Source: Camelus dromedarius (lineage: Eukaryota). Taken from it: a stretch of DNA of 64,000 nt. The stretch spans positions 372,001 through 436,000 of the forward strand of contig NC_087438.1 in NCBI RefSeq assembly GCF_036321535.1. The letters run 5' to 3'. The notes beneath the pieces are model-generated. The model made no database searches. It was given only the letters and a program-made list of their open reading frames with translations, and was not told the origin of the DNA. A program made the translations under genes and the position numbers. The stretch's first letter is position 1; each line of letters begins with the position of its first letter. Positions 35,067-46,520 of this stretch are shown in pieces.

Positions 35067-35178
35067 CGCTGCAGGCGGATGTGAAGAGCCTGTCGGGGGA
35101 GGTGCTGGAGCTGAGGCAGCACCTGGAGCACGACGACAGGGTGCAGGAGCTCACGCAGCTGCTCCAGGAGAGCCACAG
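35067..35178 (+). CDS. CEP72: CEP72 exon 11 (ALQADVKSLSGEVLELRQHLEHDDRVQELTQLLQESH)
   Basis: ccctgcag| acceptor, AG|gtgctc donor (weak), 112 nt; QHLEH.D..QELTQ.LQESH motif. Confidence 0.95.
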
Positions 35179-36247
35179 GTGCTCCCGGGCCCGCTGCCCC
35201 CAGCGAGGTGCCGTCCGCTTGCCTGTGCCCCAGCTGTGTGTGCGGGCCGCCACAGGGCAGAGCCCCCGTTTATTCAGAGGCCTGTGTGCTGGGAAGTGGG
35301 TGGAGGCTGCAGAGGTTAAGCCGGCCTCGAGACGGGCTGTCTGGCTGGGGATGGGGTGCAGGCGTGGGAGCCCTGGTTCTGTGGCCTCAGCGGGAGGTGG
35401 GCCTGTGGGCAGCGCTCTGCCCCCCACCTCCCTTTCTCTCTTTTCTCCCCCAACACCCTCTCACTCTTGGAGCTGAGGCCACCACACCCGCCCTGGGGGG
35501 GGGGGTGCAGTCTGGGCACAGGCGGAACCAGGCCATGACCTTACAGGGGTTGAAGGTCACCGCCCCATGGGCCCCTCACAGCACAAGTGACAGAGGGAGG
35601 GGCTCCTGGGAGATGACAGCCAAGAGCCAGTCAGGGGAGGGGAGGGAGATGGGACACAGGCAGGGATGGGTGGGCCCCGTGGGCTTGATGTGGACAGGGC
35701 AGGGCTCGGAGACTCTGAGGGCAGCGGGTGGGTCCCCCTGGGGGCTCTGCCTGGCCCAGGCTATCCCGGTGGTTCCAGCAAACAGGGTTTGTCGCTGGGG
35801 AGACCCGCTCTGTGGACACAGTGGCCCTACTTTGTCTGTCGCTGATGATGCCATGCGTGTCCCCCTCAGCTCGTGCTGGCTGGGCCAGTGGGGCAGCCTG
35901 GCGAGGACAGGCTGGCAGAGGGCAGCACCACCCCACTCCTAACTCCCCTGCAGGGAAACACGGTTCACGGGCCAGAAAGTCAGAACTCCCAGTTACGCTG
36001 TTCCCGTGTCAGAATTACCAAGAGGCTCCTTTATGTTTGAGCAGGAAGTAGAAACAGTTCAGTCTCCAGACCTTTTCTAGAATTGGAACATTGTTTTCTT
36101 GCCATAAAGACAGTGGTGTCCTTCTCAGGAAGCCTATGGTGGGCTGTCAGGGGCCTCGTGAATCCATGGTGCTGAGCCGCGCCTGTGGGTGTGTGATGAG
36201 CGGGCGGGGTCCCCGGGGGCTGAAGTGCTGCCCCCTGCCTCCCCCAG

Positions 36248-36404
36248 GTCCCTGGTCAGCACCAACGAGCGCCTCCTGCAGGAGCTGGGCCAGGTGCGGG
36301 CGCAGCACCGGGTGGAGGTGGAGCAGCTGCACTGGAGCTACAAGGAGCTCAAGAAGACCCTGGCCCTGTTCCCTGCCGGGGTCGCCAGCCCAGGCCGCCG
36401 CTAG
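36248..36404 (+). CDS. CEP72: CEP72 exon 12, coding part (RSLVSTNERLLQELGQVRAQHRVEVEQLHWSYKELKKTLALFPAGVASPGRR*)
   Basis: cccccag| acceptor; SLVSTNE.LLQEL.QVRAQHR.EVEQ.HWSY.ELKKT motif; TAG ends at 36404. Confidence 0.96.
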
Positions 36405-36649
36405 CCCTGCGCCCCGCGCTGTGCCCGCGGTGTCTGAGCGCTTGGGGGTGTGTTCAGGGCCTGTGGCTCGGTGCTCTGAAGCACCCTAAGAAGACAGGCT
36501 TAATCCAGGCCCTTCACGTTGAGACAAACAGATCAGTCGTTTTTCATCATGCAGCTTGAGATAAAAAATGCTGTGTTTTTCTGCCTGATGTGCAAGAGAG
36601 CCATGTGGATGAGAACAAAAGAGCTCATATGGAACAAGCAGTTTTGTTT

Positions 36650-36655
36650 AATAAA
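36650..36655 (+). terminator. CEP72: Probable CEP72 polyadenylation signal AATAAA
   Basis: First canonical AATAAA ~245 nt after the stop, preceded by a U-rich stretch (gttttgttt). Confidence 0.7.
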
Positions 36656-37079
36656 CTAACACGTCCTGAAAGGGCGGCTCCTTCATTGTGCCTGAGTTTC
36701 TGGTTGAATTCTTCTCTAACGTGCGTTGAGCACCGTGGCTGGTGAGCAGGGGCTCCGAGTTCCAAGACTTAATGAGAAAGTAGCCGTCTGGTTGTGCAGA
36801 AGACTGTTGGTGGCGTCAGTGTCCCCGAGAGGACTGTGTGCCCAGCCCCGGCCCCTGTCTTCTTTGCAGTGCATTTCTTAAATTACGTCCTCACAGGGCA
36901 GTGGGTTTCGGGAGCAGGCCGCTGGATGAAGGTGCTCTGGAGGCCGGTGGGGGTTGGGGTCCCTGGCCTTCCTGGTGTCCCTGCTGGTCACCTCAGTCAT
37001 GGCGGTGTTTTTGTAACTTTGCAGGGAAGTGTCATCCCAGTTGTGGCGGGGGTGGGGGTGGGAGGAGGTGGTGGTGGTG

Positions 37080-39050
37080 GGTTTTTTCATCATCAGATCT
37101 TTTTTTAATTTACAGAGTTTCGTATTAATCCATTTTAAGTTCATAGAAACGTAGCACCATGCTGTTTCTCATTTGGATTTTGTTGAGCTTCTTGGACCTG
37201 AGTTTCTATTTTTCATCAAATGTGGAAAAGTTTTGGCCACCATTTCTTTGTATTTCTTACGTGACCCAGTCTTCCTGCTCCCCCAGGACCCCAGTGACAC
37301 CGGTCAGACCCCAGGACTGGTCCCCGCCCTGAACTCGGGTCTTGTCAGGTTCTCTTGGCGCTTCGGGTCGGGTTGCCTCTGTCGCCCTGCTGGAGTTGAC
37401 TGGTCTTTGCTCCACACACCTGCTCTGCAGCTGGGCCTGTGCAGTGACTCTTTAATTTCAGAAATGATACGTTTCTTAGTTCCAAAGTGACGTTTGCTTC
37501 TTTTCTGTCAGCTTTTATTTCCCATGATGTTCATGTTTCATTTCACCCCTTAATTGTATTCCTAACATCTTTACTACAGCTAATTTCAAATCATCTGCAA
37601 AGTGGTGATACCAGCTAACCCACCTACTGGCAGGTACATGGGGGTGGGTATGTGGAGTTACCCGCTGGTCTCCGCTTCCAGCACTGAGCGTCACGTTTTT
37701 AATCCAGAGGCACCTGCCCCTTGTGGTCTAGGGCTGAGCACCTGTTCAGTGTGTCATCTGCCTGGGTTTCCCAGGCACCTCTTCAGCTTTTCCTGTTTCC
37801 CCCGTGGATGCTCTGTTTCTTACTTGTTTGCAGAGCTACTTACAATTCTGAATACTAGTACTTTGTGGATTACATTTGCAAAGAGCTTTCCTCATCTTCA
37901 CATTTTAATCGTGTCTTGATGAAGAGAAAATTTTAATTTTAATAATAGTATATCAATCTTTTTCATGATTACTAAAGAATTTTAGACCTGAATTTTTGAA
38001 GATCTTTCTGTTTGTGGTCATAAAGGTATTCTGCCACGTTATCTTCAAAAAGACTTTAGTTTTGTCTACTTCGAGTTTTAGGTGCACAGTCTGCTGGACT
38101 TGACTTCTGTGCGTGTTGTGAGGGTTCTGCCCCGTGACCTCCCCCTTCACTGATGAGCCTCTGTTGTCAGAGATGACGTGTGTCCCTGTCCGTCTCTGCA
38201 GGGCCACACACTCTGCGGCTCGAGCCTCCCACCCCATGTCAGGATGTTTTGGCTGTTTTTGACCTTTTGCATTTCATAAACTTCAGAATCAGCCGGCCAA
38301 GCTGGGATTTTGTTGGAGACCGCATCGGTCAGTTGGGGAGGACCTGACTTAACGGGGTTGCACACAGTGTGACGGAGAGCCTGTTCCACGTGTTGGGTCT
38401 CCTTCCACGCCCACGGGTTGCAGCTTTATCGTCTTCTCCATGGGGGCTCGTGTGCCTTTTGTATCTATTCCCAGGTTTTCCTTATTTTGTGATGCCATTT
38501 CTAAAAGATACATTTTTAAAAATCTGTTTGGATTTCGTTTTTCTATCTGTTCCTAATAATTCACATTTCTAACTATTGGTTGCTTTTATTTGGAAATATA
38601 GTTGAATTTTTGTATGTCAATTCTGTACGCTGCAATCCTGTTAAACTCTTAGTCCTAATACTTCGCCTGGAGTTGCACGGGCCTTTCAGGAGGTCGTGTT
38701 CCCTGTGAGTAATGTTCTCTGTTTTCTGTGCAGCCCTTTACTCTGGGTGTTTATCTTCTCTTTTCGTTTTGTTCTGATTTTGCTTTTCCGTGCTGGCTGG
38801 CGCCTGCGGCACCGCTGTGGATTATAGGTGGTGATAGAGTAGGTGTCTGTCTTATTCTGGGTGTGAAATCAAAGGGGAGCTTCCAGTCTCAGCACTGAAT
38901 TTGCAGTAGGTTTCCTGTGGACGGCCTTCACCCTTCAGTTGTGAATTTGCTGAGAATTTGTCACCTGTGAATGGACACTCTTCTGCCACTACTGAGATGA
39001 CTGTTTGGCTCTTCTCCCTCATTCTGTTAATGTGGCTAATCCCAGCACAT
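37080..39050 (-). mobile_element. Degenerate antisense L1 tract between the CEP72 and TPPP 3' ends
   Basis: ttcatcaaatgtggaaaagttttggccaccatttc, gatgaagagaaaattttaattttaat, tttttgaccttttgcatttcataaacttcagaatcagc, ttccagtctcagcactgaatttgcagtaggttt. Confidence 0.7.
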
Positions 39051-40682
39051 TTCTGGGGCGGGCACCACTCAGTGAGGATGGACCTCTCCTTGCAGACATG
39101 CTGCTGCGCCTGGTTTGGGGGCACCTTGTGCAGGGTTCTGTGTCCCAGGTGTGCCGCTCCCTGCCTCCTCGCTGGAGGGCCTGCTCCCAGGCGCAGTGAG
39201 GGTCGGGTGGCTTGTGACCAGGCAGTCCCGGGACGTGTCGGCTCTGGGGAGGAGCCCAAGGCTCTGTCTCCAGGGGGCGCGGGCCTAGGATCCACCACTG
39301 ATGCTACTCTGGTCCGGTTCGTGCCATCACACTCCCCATCCCTCTGCTCCCTCAGAGAATCTGAAAGGTCCTAACTGTCTCTTCCCTGAGTGTTGGGTGG
39401 GGCATCTCAGGAAGTCACTTGGGCCTGGAATTTGACTTCTTACTTGAGTCAGTTGAGTAGTGGTTCTGGGAGGACGTTCTCAGGGACCGTCTGCGTCCTC
39501 TCGACAGCTGGCTCAGGCCATGTGACGGGTTCTGACCTCCAGCTACGAGGGAGGCAGGAGGGAAGAGCTGGTGGCCATCCAGAAACTCCCTTTGCCAGCA
39601 GCCTGCGGCTGGTCACAGGCCCTGCTGACCCCTGGACTCCGAGCGTTGGTGCCATTGCCCAGGGGTTTGGGCTTCTCGGCCGAGGTTGGCAGTTCCTCAG
39701 CGGTCAGGACTGTGCGGCCTCCCCAGTCCTCCTGGAGTTCTGTGTCTCTAGGAATTTGTTCACATTGCCTAATTTTCAGATTTTTGGCACAACACTCAAT
39801 CTTTCAGTAGTGCTTTAATGGCTCCAGCATTTGCAGGTGTGTCCCTGTGGCAGGGACGTGGAGGGAGGTGTCAGGCTCTGCCTCGGCCCTGGAGCTGGGA
39901 CCCTTGTCTGCTGCCAAGTGGGCAGGCCCAGGTCCCTCCCGCATCCTCAGGGATGGTGCCGGCCCCAACCCTCCCCGCCCAGCACCGCGGGGCCCAGCTC
40001 GCTCTCCGGTCTTCTTCCCCGTCGGGCTGGTCTCTCGCTTTTATCTGCTCATGTAATTGGTACATTTTGGTTCAAATCTGCCATCTTATTTTGTGCTGTT
40101 TGTTCTGCTTCTGTGTTTTTTCTCTCTGTTGTTGCCATTTTTAACTATTTTCCGTCACCCGTGTTTTCACCTGTGCAAGCCTGAGTGTGAGAGCCCGGTT
40201 CCTGGTGTCACCTCCACACCTGTCCTGTCCCGGCACATGCACCTCCTGAGACCGTGTCCCACACGAGCACATGGCCCCGGGCAGCCCTTCTGGCTGACAC
40301 GGTGGTTTTCACGTGCTGCAGTGAAAGGTGTTGTTTAGGTGAACGGCTGTCCCTGTTTGTTATTTACTGTTCACTGTTTGCACCACTCTCCTGTTCACAT
40401 CTCAGACTTCCCATCTGTCATCACCTTCTGCACTTAGCATTTCTTTCCTCATCCTCTGGATGAAACCGCCCTGTTACAGTCTAAAAAACGCCCTTGTCTT
40501 GGTCATGTCTGTTGGTGTCATTCCTGTCTTTGGGGCTGTAGTGGGTGTTTGGGAAGTGGTTCGTGTCCAGACCCCACTCCAGGCCTCCCCCTCTGCTGGG
40601 CACGTCCGTGTTAATGTGGGGCCCATGCAACTGCCCATGCACACAGCGCTCTTGGAGGACACCAGACCTACGATTCAACACC

Positions 40683-40688
40683 TTTATT
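40683..40688 (-). terminator. TPPP: Probable TPPP polyadenylation signal (AATAAA on - strand)
   Basis: TTTATT on +; the first canonical hexamer I found downstream of the TPPP stop, implying a ~3.4 kb 3'UTR. Confidence 0.6.
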
Positions 40689-43600
40689 TGTCACTTGACC
40701 AGGATGACACAGTGTTAACAACGGGGACACGCGAGGGGTGGAGACAGACACGAGCTGTTTCGCTGCAGGTTCGCAAGCCAGGCCTGGACAGCAACTCTGA
40801 ACAGGTGACCCTTTGCCTTGGCCCCACAGATGCCCCCAGAGTTCCTGGTGAGGGTGGGTCTAGGGCACAGCACCCCGACATCAACACAGAGTGATGCCCT
40901 CATCGCTCCCGAACAGTAAGAAAACAGTGCAAAAATAGATCGCATGTATATACACACGTTATCTCCCTTTCCTGAAAAAACAGTACAAACGAGTAGCACA
41001 GGATCCCTTTCAAGTTTGAGTTACATGCGTTAACGTTGTTTGGCTTGGTTTGGGAAGAGTTAACTAAAGCATCTCAACGTGCAGGGCGACCACCGCCTGG
41101 GGCCACCGCCAGCCACACGCCCACGGACCAAGGCCACACCCCTGAACCATGGGATCTCACAGAGTGTTCAGTAGTAAATCAGTGAGGGAAGCTATTCAGG
41201 GTCAGACTTGAAAGGACGTTCTAGCCTTGTGGTGACTTCACAGTACAGCTGAATTGTCAGCCTGTGCCGTACGGAACAGGTGATGACGGTGTTCCCGCCT
41301 GCATGTGCTGCAGGACAGGGTGTGCCAGCTTGTGCAGGAGGAAGTGACTGGCTGGGTCCTCGGGGCTGGCCAGCACCAGCCGACTTCCTTGCGAGGGGCC
41401 AGGTGGTGCCTGTGACTTAGGTTTTAGGTTTCGTGGGCCAAGGCGCCTGTGACTTATCCCCTCCCCATGGCTGACAGAGCTGCAGAAGCAGCCCCAGGCG
41501 ATGAAGTGCCGGGGGGGGGGGGTGCGGGGGGGAGGCGTTCAGTGGTTATGACAGCTGGGGACTGAGCAGGCCCAGGTTCGGGGCTGTGAGCCTCTGTCCA
41601 CTTGGTGCTTCAGGGGGCCGCCCGGCCTGCCCCGAGCGCCCAGCCATGGGCGTGGGCAGCACAGGCGGGGACCCCTGCGTGCCTCTGCCTGACTCCACGG
41701 CACCTGCCTCAAACCTTAAGGCTGAGGGTCTTCGAGGTGTAAAAATACTCCAGTATAAATATAGACCTCTTCCTATAGTGTTCTAAACTTACACAGCTTG
41801 AACTTCCGCTCTGGTGAACGAACCCCTGCCTGGAGTCCTACGGTGCCAACAGGATGACTCGGTGTCGTGGGGGTGGCGTGCTCAGACCTCTCCCGCTCTC
41901 CTGGCCTGGCTGCACCGCGCCTGCTCCCCGGCCAGCCTGCTGTGCGGTGCCTGTCCTCACGGCAGACATCTCATTTCTAGTTGACTGGGCGGGTTAGTAG
42001 AAGCTTGGGGACGGGGCTCAGAGACATGCAGCAAAGACGCGCCGCTGCTGCCCGTGCAGCTGCGGCACCTGAGCCTGGGGAGCCCCGTGAGGCTGGGTAC
42101 GGAGGCTGCGACGGGCAGCCTCCTGCCCTGCCGGGACGGTGTTCCCAGAGCGACACTTCGACTGAGAAGGAAGCCTGGGAAGGCGCCCCAGCCCCCAGGG
42201 CCGCCAGCGCAGGGCAGGGATGATGTCTTGGGGGCCACTGTGTGCACCCAGCCTCCTTCTCAAACTGCAGGAGAGGTGCTGTGGTGACCGCCAGCAGTGA
42301 CGCGTCCCAGAGCTCGTTCCAGCCTGCACGGGCGGTGTGGGTGGACTGTGCGAGGATGCGTCCCCCGGACACTGCTTGCCTCCTTTCTTTCGCTTAGGCC
42401 CCAGTTTGCACGCGCTTCCTGGCAGGCCGGTCCCCACCCGGCTAGAAGGGCTGAGGAGGCAACAGCCCTCCCTGAGCAGCAGCGTGGGGCCACTCCCTGC
42501 CCTTGTGGGCATGCACGGCTTGGGACTGAGGGCTGGACTCGTGTCCTGCTCTGGGACAGCTGTGACGGTGGGGCCGCGCTACTGGGCAGGCAGGGGAGTA
42601 AAGCAGCCTTGGACCAGGAGACTCGCAGCCTCTGGGCAGATGATCGGGCCCCAGGGAGAAGCCCTCTCCAAGACCACAGATGAGGAACTGGCCGGCGCGT
42701 GGTCAGCTCACTGTCCAAACACTCCACAGCTTTGGGGTCGTCTTCAGGTGCATTCATACATTACTCTGGTCTCCAGGGGAGGAGAGAAGAGCCAGGTGGG
42801 GGCCAGCATCCCACCTGCCTTGCCCCAGCTCTGGGGCCTGCTTCCCGGCTGTGGGGGGGACTAGCCGGGCACCTTAGTGTCCCCAAGTTAGGAACTGCCC
42901 AGACAAGAGTGATTCACGCCCTCGAAGTGGCGCGGGAAGCTTGCTACCCCGTCCTTCCCTGGGTTTTGGTGCCATGTGCTGTGGAGCCCCAGAGCCTCGG
43001 GACAGAGCTGCCCGTGCAGGCACCACCATCCCCGGGGGCGGCCAGGAAAGGCAGTGCCCCTCAACAGCCTGCCACCCTGGGCGTTTCCCAGGACCACAGG
43101 GCCCAGCGGGTCACAGGCCAGGCTGTGGCCATGTTCACACAAATGGGCACGTCGCCGAGAGGCCACTGCAGCTTCTGGCCTCTAGGAGAAACCAAACCCC
43201 ACAGACATGTCCGGCCTTGGGCCCTTCCCTGGCCTGGTTTCACCAGGCAGTTTCTGTGCTCGGGGCTGGAGAGGAGGGACAAGGCCCCTCAGGAGACTCC
43301 AAAGAGGCTGGAAGGGCTGCGGCAGCGGGAGGAGGAAGGAGGCAGCAGCCAGGTGACCTGCAGCCTCACTAAGGCCCAGAGTCCAGCGTGTCCGCCTGCC
43401 CTGCTTGGGAGAGCTGGTCACAGAGATGGGTCTTCTGAGTCCTCCCTGAGCCATTCTGACGATAAACACGCAGTCACTGTTTCTTATTCTTTCTCAGAAA
43501 AGCAAAATGAAATGAACTGCCCCAGGTTTCTGTTTTAAAACCTTGTAACTTCACACTTTGAGTCCCCTTTGGTCACTGAGGAGGCTTCTTTTCTTCGTTG

Positions 43601-44124
43601 ACCGGTCATCTGGCTCGGCTCAGGCCTGGTCTGTAGGTGTGCGCGCCTGTGTGTGTGTGTGTGCACATGTGTGCGTGGGTGTGCAAGCGTGTGCCGGCGT
43701 GCCCAGCCCCCCACACCTGCACAGGACCCCCCAGACACGGCGGCGTCCTGTTCAGGTTTCCCTCCGCTTTGCTGGTGCTGCCGGCTAGTGCGCTGGCCCG
43801 GCTGCCCTCACGGCCCTGGGTCAGCAGGTCAGCACAGCTTCAACCGGGTCTGTCCCACCAGCTCTGTGAAGACGCCCCTTTTGCCTGCACACCAGATGGC
43901 TGGTGCAGGCTGGCCCCGGGACACACTTGGGAAAGGGCCGTCTGTCCACTTCCCAGCAGGGACGAGGCAGGTGTGTTAGAAGAGGTGAGTGCTGGGGTCG
44001 AGGAAAGCTGGGGTCTGGGCAGGAGGGAGGGCTGGCGCCCCGCATCCACGTTCTGCCCAAGAGCACAGGAATGTAACGAAGTGAGAGGCTGCGGGGACCG
44101 GGCGGCGGGAGGAGGCCCCGCCGG

Positions 44125-44319
44125 CTACTTGCCCCCCTGCACCTTCTGGTCGTAGGTGCCTGCGTGCTTGTAGCCCGGCACGTAGCCCGACTCGTCCACC
44201 AGGTCCACGCGGCCCGCCCTGCCCTTGCCCCTGCCAGACGGGTCGAAGCGCTCCTTGTGGGAGCCCGTGAACTTGGTGGTGTCCGTGAGCCGCGACACGG
44301 TGGGCGAGGAGATGGCTTT
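44125..44319 (-). CDS. TPPP: TPPP last exon, coding part ([64 protein letters not shown])
   Basis: ctcttgcag| acceptor; p25-alpha motifs [16 protein letters not shown] and GxGxGxxGR; TAG. Confidence 0.98.
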   Translation of the reverse strand, partial: KAISSPTVSRLTDTTKFTGSHKERFDPSGRGKGRAGRVDLVDESGYVPGYKHAGTYDQKVQGGK

Positions 44320-44439
44320 CTGCAAGAGAGCAGGGTGGGAGCGGTTAGTGGAGCCACGGGGAGAGTCAGCCCAAGGGCCCCGCCATGGCCCACGCTTCTG
44401 CACTCCGTCCCTGGACCTGCCTGCACCTGCTGCACTCAC

Positions 44440-44593
44440 CGTCACCCCCGAGATGACGGGGGCCTTGCCCTCGATGAGCCGGTGCACCTCGCGGATGGCC
44501 TCCTCGCTGCTCTTGTCTTTGAATCTCTTCTTGGCGAGCTCCTCCAGCGCCTCCTTGAACTGCTCGAATGTGATGGTCCGGCAGGACTTACCC
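44440..44593 (-). CDS. TPPP: TPPP exon 3 ([52 protein letters not shown])
   Basis: ccccgcag| acceptor, ACG|gtgagt donor, 154 nt, phase 2 to 0. Confidence 0.98.
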
Positions 44594-45639
44594 CTGCGGG
44601 GAGAGGGGCTCAGGGGGCGCCTGCCAGGCCCACACCCCCCACGGTGACGGGCTGCGACCCGATCACCCGGCGACCTGGGGCACCCCCCACTCAGGACCCG
44701 GTGGCTTTGGGGGACCCCACCCTGCCTCTCCTGCAGCCAAGAGCACGCCCGTCCCTCCCCGCCCCTGTCTAGCGATTACGCCCGACAGTCGGTCACCACC
44801 AGCAGCGGCAGCAAATACAAACTGTCTTGGAAAAAAGCCTAAAGGAAGCATGTCCTTTAAAAATGACTGAACACCCTCGTTTGGTTCTAAGACAGGTGTG
44901 TGTGGCCTCGGTCAGAGATGGACATCCAGAGGGAAAGTCGGTGAGAAGCTCGTCAGACTCCAACCGCGCAGGGGCCACCGGCCTGTGCAGGGGTCACCCT
45001 TGGGTGGGGGCCTGGTCACCACACAGAAACAGGATGGGGGCCCCCTCCCCGGGACTCGCTGCCCCACCGCTAACGCCGCCGGGGCGACCGGCGCCAGCCC
45101 ACGGGAGCAGTGCTCACCCAAACATGGTCTGCGGCTGCCCAGAACCCTGGTAAGTCAGCCCCACAATTTCAAAACAGCTCTACACTGGCTCTTCATATCT
45201 GATCATTTTAACTGGAAAACAGTTTTGCCACTTTGACCAAATCTTCCCCAGCTAATCCATTCAGTGAGGATTTCACAGTTTTACAGGAAGTGAAGGTGTG
45301 GGGAGGCCCCCCAGGGACACTGGGTCGTAACCGTTATTGAAGGACTGCCCACAGGAGCCAAGGACTGGAGGACAGCCCGGCGCTGGTGCCCAGAGGGCCC
45401 GCGACAGCCAGGGGACGGAGGCACCAGCCTCAAGAGTCTGCAAAGCCGCAGGACAGTCCCCAGGCTGGCGACGGGACGGTCAGAAACGGGCCCACGTCTG
45501 GGTTTTCCACAAAGGTGCAGAAGCAGGGGGTGGGGGCCGGCTCTTCACCAGATGAGGCCACAGCAGCCACGTGAGGAAAGGGCTTGTCTGCGCCTCGCAC
45601 CGCGTGTGACTAGCACCACGTGGCCACGGCCCTGCGCGT

Positions 45640-46520
45640 AGTGTGGGACCAAACTGGAACTTCCGGAAGGACACCTGGGAGAGCCTTGGTGACCTTGGCT
45701 TAGGCAGACATTTCTTAGAAGCGACACCAAAAAACAGTCCATGAAAGAAAAAACATGAATTGGACTTGACCGGAATTTTTAAGACTGTGCGCCTCAGAAG
45801 ACACTGTTAGGAGAAGTAACAGACACGCCGCAGACCGAGGAGAGCCCCGCCGAGGGCTCTCGTCTGAAGTAAGCACGGAACTCTCACACCCGACAGTGAG
45901 GAAAACCCGACTGCAGGCTGGGGGAGGGTCCGGCCCGACACTTCGTCAAAGGAGACCTGTGGGTGCAGCCAGCACATGGAGGGCGCCGGCGTCCCTGTCG
46001 TCAGGGAGATCGGGCTAAAGCCGCGGGCAAGGGAGGAGCCTGGGGGTAGACGACGACCCTGGTGTGGAGGCTGCGGGCTGGGCCCCTGGGCCACAACGTG
46101 GCATCCACTGGGAAGGCATTTGGCAGTTTCTTACAAAGGTCGTGGGCACGCCCGGCCCTGCGACCCGACCGGTCTCAGTCAAGAGGAGTGAAAGCGAGTT
46201 CACACGTGCCCCTGTGCGTGTTCCCACCCCGTCGCTTGTGTTCTGTTGTCACCAGAGCTCAGAACCAGGCCAGGTGTCCACCAGCCGTGAACCAACGAAC
46301 ACACCTCAGTATGACGCCAGCTCACGTGGGCACTCTCTCACACACTGGACACGTCTGGAGACGTGCGGCATGCCGACGCCAGGTAGTTGGGGACACAGCC
46401 CACCTGGCTGCAGGGAGGCCCCGCGGGAGAGGAGCAGGGACGGAGCCCATAGGCCTGGATGGCTGTCGGGAGGGACACTTGTCCCACAAGGACTGCAGGC
46501 CTCATCAGACCCACTGAGCC
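45640..46520 (+). mobile_element. L1M 3' fragment in TPPP intron 2, GC-shifted
   Basis: gaccttggcttaggcagacatttcttaga, cagaagacactgttaggaga, cactgggaaggcatttggcagtttcttacaaag, ccagccgtgaaccaacgaac. Confidence 0.75.

Noticed and set aside
34538-35476. 312-aa ORF running through CEP72 exon 11, suggesting exon extension or intron-11 read-through
   Set aside because: Only 35067-35178 resembles CEP72; the flanks are low-information GC-rich sequence. The exon-11 donor is weak, but nothing else supports retention.
44190-44240. [13 protein letters not shown] and YVPGY instead of human GKGKGKAGR and YVSGY
   Set aside because: Conservative changes that, as I recall, are shared with bovine p25; not evidence of novelty.
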